A stretch of DNA of 19,651 nucleotides from Planctomycetota bacterium. GTDB taxonomy: Bacteria > Planctomycetota > UBA11346. A model generated the notes under the pieces. The model did not search any database. It was not told where the DNA came from and saw only the letters and a list, made by a program, of their open reading frames with translations. The DNA lies in assembly GCA_038213805.1 (NCBI GenBank), contig JBBQSO010000091.1, forward strand, positions 1 through 19,651. Reading direction: 5' to 3'. Shown one piece after another: positions 16,094 through 19,651 of the stretch; the first letter of the stretch is position 1; the number at the start of each line of letters is the position of its first letter. The translations under genes and the position numbers were made by a program.

Positions 16094-17254
16094 ATGATCC
16101 TCGGCATCGGCCTGCTGCTCGGCGCGTTTATCGGCTCGTTCCTGAACGTGTGCATCCACCGCATGCCACGTAACGAGAGCATCGTCATGCCGCCGAGCCG
16201 CTGCTACAGCTGCGGCACCCAGGTTCAGTGGTATGACAATCTGCCCGTGCTCGGCTGGGTGATCCTCGCCGGGCGCTGCCGCTGGTGCGGGGCGCCGTTC
16301 AGTCCGCGCTATCTGATCATGGAACTGCTGGTTGCCGCGCTCACCGCGCTGGTGCTGGTGTGGAGCTTCCAGCCCGGACTCCATGTCGCGCCCTGGTTGG
16401 CGGTGCTGGGCGTGCCGCTCGCGGTCGGACACGCGGTGTTCGCGGCGGCGCTGCTGATGCTGGTCTACGTGCTGTTCGTCTCGTCGGTGATCGACATCGA
16501 CCACATGCTCATCCCGGATGAGCTCACCAAGGGCTTCCAGGTGCTGGCGCCGGCGGTCGCGGTCGGGGTCGCCACCCAGTTCGCCTACGACGACCTGTGG
16601 TCGCCCGCCGCCTGGCTGTGGCACGACAGCGCCCTGGGCGGGCGTATCTACACCCCGGGCATGTTCCTGACGCGTATGCTCGGCGGCGGCGCGGCGCTCG
16701 CGGCCGCGCTGCTTTTGTCACTGCCGCTGGCGCGCGCCATCTACGGGCGTTGGCTGCCTGCCGCCATGCGTTGGACGGACGAGGACCACCGCGGCTTCGC
16801 CGCCGGCGTGAAATGGTTCACCGGGGTCATGGCCGCCTACCTCGCCCTGCTCGCCATCCTGGTGCTGTGGCAGCCGGGCGGGGCGGCCGGCTGGTGGGCA
16901 GATCTTGCTGCGCACCTCGCCCGAGCCCTGGCTGGAGCCGCCACCGGCTGGGTGGTGCCCTACACGGTCGGCCTGCTCGGCACGGTGGCCTTCCGGCGCA
17001 ACGCCATGGGCTACGGCGACGTCAAGTTCCTCGCCCCGATCGGGGCCTTCCTCGGTCCGGCCGGGGTGCTCTACGCATTCTTTGCCGCCGCCGTGGTCGG
17101 CTCGGTGGTGGGCCTGCCGCTGCGCCTGCTCAAACAGCGCATCGAGATTCCCTTCGGACCGTATCTGGCCGCGGGTGCGCTGGTGGTGGTGTTTTTCGGA
17201 ACACCAGTGCATGGCCTGGTGTTCGGAGCGTTGTTGCGGCCGCATGGGGGATGA
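16094..17254 (+). CDS. pilD: Type IV prepilin peptidase / N-methyltransferase (A24A)
   Basis: GSFLNVCIHRMP, two CxxC (SRCYSCG, GRCRWCG), WYDNLPVLGW, first catalytic Asp region VIDIDHMLIPD, second MGYGDVKF, C-terminal IPFGPYL. Confidence 0.9.
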   Translation: MILGIGLLLGAFIGSFLNVCIHRMPRNESIVMPPSRCYSCGTQVQWYDNLPVLGWVILAGRCRWCGAPFSPRYLIMELLVAALTALVLVWSFQPGLHVAPWLAVLGVPLAVGHAVFAAALLMLVYVLFVSSVIDIDHMLIPDELTKGFQVLAPAVAVGVATQFAYDDLWSPAAWLWHDSALGGRIYTPGMFLTRMLGGGAALAAALLLSLPLARAIYGRWLPAAMRWTDEDHRGFAAGVKWFTGVMAAYLALLAILVLWQPGGAAGWWADLAAHLARALAGAATGWVVPYTVGLLGTVAFRRNAMGYGDVKFLAPIGAFLGPAGVLYAFFAAAVVGSVVGLPLRLLKQRIEIPFGPYLAAGALVVVFFGTPVHGLVFGALLRPHGG

Positions 17255-17261
17255 GGGTGCG

Positions 17262-17470
17262 GGCTGATGGCTGATGGCTGATGGCTGATGGCTGATGGCT
17301 GATGGCTGATGGCCCCTGCTCGCGGAGTTTCAGCCGTCTGAAAGCGGTTGGCTGTCCTGCGGAGCGGCCGGGCCGGCGCGAAGCGCCGCCTTGCCGGGCC
17401 GCCACCCTCCAGCCATCAGCCATCAGCCGTCCGCCGTCCGCCATCAGCCATCAGCCATCAGCCGCCAGCC
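17262..17470. repeat. Intergenic element B1: (GGCTGAT)7 ... GCGAAGC hairpin ... (ATCAGCC)~8
   Basis: Seven perfect GGCTGAT units at 17262-17310. Inverted array at 17410-17470 (five perfect ATCAGCC, two GTCCGCC, one GCCAGCC). Internal CGGCGCGAAGCGCCG at 17374-17388. Confidence 0.9.
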
Positions 17471-17485
17471 CTTCCACATGGCCAC

Positions 17486-17512
17486 TCGACAACCGTTCGC
17501 GCCACCTATAGT
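17486..17512 (+). promoter_or_regulatory. Candidate promoter of argB-argF (TCGACA-N15-TATAGT)
   Basis: TCGACA 17486-17491 and TATAGT 17507-17512. The -10 context CCTATAGTCCCCGCCT closely matches the tRNA-Leu promoter CCTAAAGTCCCGCCT. Confidence 0.6.
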
Positions 17513-17558
17513 CCCCGCCTTGCTCGCGGCATCATCCAGCCGCGAAGGAGTTGCACGA

Positions 17559-18434
17559 GTGGTCGACGAGGCGACGCGCAAGGCCAAGGTGCTGATCGAA
17601 GCCCTGCCCTTCCTGAAGCGGTTCCACCACCAGTTCACGGTGGTCAAGCTGGGCGGTGCGCCCATTGAGGATCCCGCGGTCCTCGATTCGCTGCTCACCG
17701 ACCTGGTGTGGCTCGAGCAGGTCGGCGTGCGTCCGATCCTGGTTCACGGTGGCGGCGCCTCTATCTCGCGCGCCATGGAGCAGGCCGGCCTCAAGCCGGT
17801 GTTCCACAACGGCCGCCGGGTCACCGACAAGGACACCATCGCCATCGTCGAGCGCGAGGTCGAGCGCCTCAACGAGCACATCCACGACCGCATCTTCGAC
17901 CTCGGCGGTGCGGCCATCCAGCTCTGCCCGCCGCACCTCATCGTCCAGGGCAAGGTGCTCGACCCGGCGCTGGGTTTCGTCGGCCAGCCGATCGGCGTCG
18001 ACCGCGAACGCCTGGTGCGCTACGCCACGCGCGGTCTGATCCCGGTCATCCCGCCGCTGTCGGTCACCGCCGACGGCCAGGTGCTCAACACCAACGCCGA
18101 CGATATCGCCCTGGCGGTCGCGACCAGTCTGGCCGCCGAGAAGCTGGTGTTCTGCAGCAACGTCCCCGGAGTCATGACCGATCCCAAGGATCCGCGCACG
18201 CGCATTTCCAGCCTCACCGACCGCGAGGTGCGCGCACTGGTCGCCAAGGGCGTGATCCAGGGCGGCATGATCCCGAAGATGGAGAGCTGCCTCGGCGCTC
18301 TCGAGGCCGGGGTGCGCAAGATCCACATCGTCGACGCCGGCATGCCGCACGCGCTGCTGCTGGAGATCTTCACCGCCGAGGGCATCGGTACCGAACTGCG
18401 CCTCGACGGCACCAAGGCGCTGCGCGCCGAATGA
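17559..18434 (+). CDS. argB: Acetylglutamate kinase
   Basis: VLIEALPFLKRF, VVKLGG, LVHGGG, GRRVTD, LGFVG, LNTNADDIA, GGMIPK, HALLLEIFT..GIGT. GTG start at 17559 with AAGGAG SD at 17545-17550. Confidence 0.95.
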   Translation: MVDEATRKAKVLIEALPFLKRFHHQFTVVKLGGAPIEDPAVLDSLLTDLVWLEQVGVRPILVHGGGASISRAMEQAGLKPVFHNGRRVTDKDTIAIVEREVERLNEHIHDRIFDLGGAAIQLCPPHLIVQGKVLDPALGFVGQPIGVDRERLVRYATRGLIPVIPPLSVTADGQVLNTNADDIALAVATSLAAEKLVFCSNVPGVMTDPKDPRTRISSLTDREVRALVAKGVIQGGMIPKMESCLGALEAGVRKIHIVDAGMPHALLLEIFTAEGIGTELRLDGTKALRAE

Positions 18435-18543
18435 CCACCCTGCCCACCGTTCGCGGTGGCCGCCCGATCCCCGGCGGCCCCATCCCCACCACCACCTGAA
18501 GCCAGCGGCCGGGCTCCTTGCGGAGTCGCGCGTCGCCACCGTC

Positions 18544-19491
18544 ATGCTCACCCATTTCACCAGTCTCGACGCCATCGACGCCCACGAGTTCAGCGACCTC
18601 CTCGCGGTCGCCCTCTACCTCAAGCGGCGCCGCGCCTGGGGCGTGGCCGAGCACGCCCTGACCGGCCAGACCCTGGCGATGGTCTTCGAGAAGCCCAGCC
18701 TGCGCACCCGCCTGTCCTTCGAGGTGGCGATGACCGAGCTCGGTGGCCGTTCGATCTACATCCGCGGCGAAGAGGTCGGCATGGGTGTGCGCGAGCCGGT
18801 CAAGGACGTGGCGCGCGTGCTCAGCCGCTATGTGCAGGGCATCATGGCGCGGGTCTTCGCCCACCAGTCGATCACGGATCTGGCCGCGTATGGCAGCGTC
18901 CCGGTGATCAACGGGCTTTCCGACGAGTGTCATCCCTGCCAGGCGCTCGCCGACATGCTCACCATCCGCGAACACTTCGGCCGGCTCGAGGGCCTGACCG
19001 TGGTCTTCGTCGGTGACGCCAACAACGTCTGCCGCAGCCTGGCGCGCGCCTGCGTGCTGGCCGGCGCACGCTTCGTGGTCGCCTGTCCCGCGCGCTACGC
19101 GTTCTCGGCCAAGGACATCGCCGCCTTCGGCAGCGCCTGGGGCGGTCAGGTCACCCAGGTCCACGATCCGCGGACCGCGGTCGCCGGGGCGCACGTGCTC
19201 TACACCGACGTGTGGACAAGCATGGGCCAGGAAGGAGAAAAGTCGGAGCGCCTGCAGGCTTTCCAGGGCTACCAGATCAACGAGGCGCTGCTCGCCCTGG
19301 CGCAGCCAGACGCGCGCATCATGCACTGCCTGCCCGCGCACCGCGACGAGGAGATCACAGACGCCGCGGTCGAGCACCCGCGCTCCATCGTCTTCGACCA
19401 GGCGGAGAACCGTCTGCATGCTCAGAAGGCGGTGCTGCGGCTGCTGATGGCTAAGGACGCGGCGACGGTCATCGCCGCTGCGCGGCGCTGA
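18544..19491 (+). CDS. argF: Ornithine carbamoyltransferase
   Basis: FEKPSLRTRLSF, INGLSDECHPCQALAD, FVGDANNV, YTDVWTSMGQE, HCLPAHR, QAENRLH; follows argB. Confidence 0.95.
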   Translation: MLTHFTSLDAIDAHEFSDLLAVALYLKRRRAWGVAEHALTGQTLAMVFEKPSLRTRLSFEVAMTELGGRSIYIRGEEVGMGVREPVKDVARVLSRYVQGIMARVFAHQSITDLAAYGSVPVINGLSDECHPCQALADMLTIREHFGRLEGLTVVFVGDANNVCRSLARACVLAGARFVVACPARYAFSAKDIAAFGSAWGGQVTQVHDPRTAVAGAHVLYTDVWTSMGQEGEKSERLQAFQGYQINEALLALAQPDARIMHCLPAHRDEEITDAAVEHPRSIVFDQAENRLHAQKAVLRLLMAKDAATVIAAARR

Positions 19492-19498
19492 CCGTCGC

Positions 19499-19651
19499 GG
19501 CTGATGGCTGACAGCTGACAGCTGACAGCCCGATTTTCGGTGATGATCCCACGTTCGCAGCAAAGAATCCCGCGTGATGGCTTAGGCGGCGCGAAGCGCC
19601 GCCTAAGCCATCAGCCATCAGCCATCAGCCATCAGCCATCAGCCATCAGCC
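19499..19651. repeat. Intergenic element B2: (RGCTGAY)4 ... 18-bp GAA-loop hairpin ... (ATCAGCC)6+, truncated by the window end
   Basis: GGCTGAT GGCTGAC AGCTGAC AGCTGAC at 19499-19526. Perfect stem TGATGGCTTAGGCGGCGC-GAA-GCGCCGCCTAAGCCATCA at 19575-19613. Six ATCAGCC units at 19610-19651. Confidence 0.9.

Noticed and set aside
17262..17470. CRISPR array
   Set aside because: Units are contiguous 7-mers without unique spacers, and there are no cas genes in the window.
17391..17558. N-terminal extension of ArgB (SHQPSA repeats) in the ORF track
   Set aside because: It is a translation of the heptamer array. A GTG with a strong SD at 17559 and a promoter candidate at 17486-17512 define the real start.

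Overview
GC-rich bacterial chromosomal window with mostly housekeeping and accessory genes; taxonomy cannot be fixed from the sequence. In order: 5' end of a truncated minus-strand gene, GH95 alpha-L-fucosidase-like hydrolase (-), M50B-like HExxH membrane peptidase (+), multi-sensor PAS/PAS/GAF histidine kinase (-), an unusually long (~1030 aa) DEAD-box-family RNA helicase (+), LysM/Amidase_2 lipoprotein (+), tRNA-Leu(GAG) (+), single-domain response regulator, putative lipoprotein and ferritin-like diiron protein (all -), tRNA-Glu(CTC) (-), CPA2/Kef-type antiporter (-), then prmC, a small HhH ComEA-like ORF, prepilin peptidase, argB and argF (all +). Most notable: (1) the helicase carries a Rho-N-like domain, RNase E-like Arg-rich/low-complexity tracts and an apparent GrpE-like module, and its motif II reads DDAD rather than DEAD; (2) two families of intergenic elements whose ends are inverted short tandem repeats, (GTCCGGAA)n and (GGCTGAT)n, the latter with a conserved GCGAAGC hairpin core; (3) the same ACCCCGTARG-N8-CTTACGGGGT palindrome follows both convergent tRNAs; (4) several candidate sigma70-like promoters share a short 15-16 bp spacer. 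No integrase, transposase or CRISPR array was seen. All protein calls come from motif recognition by eye, not database searches.
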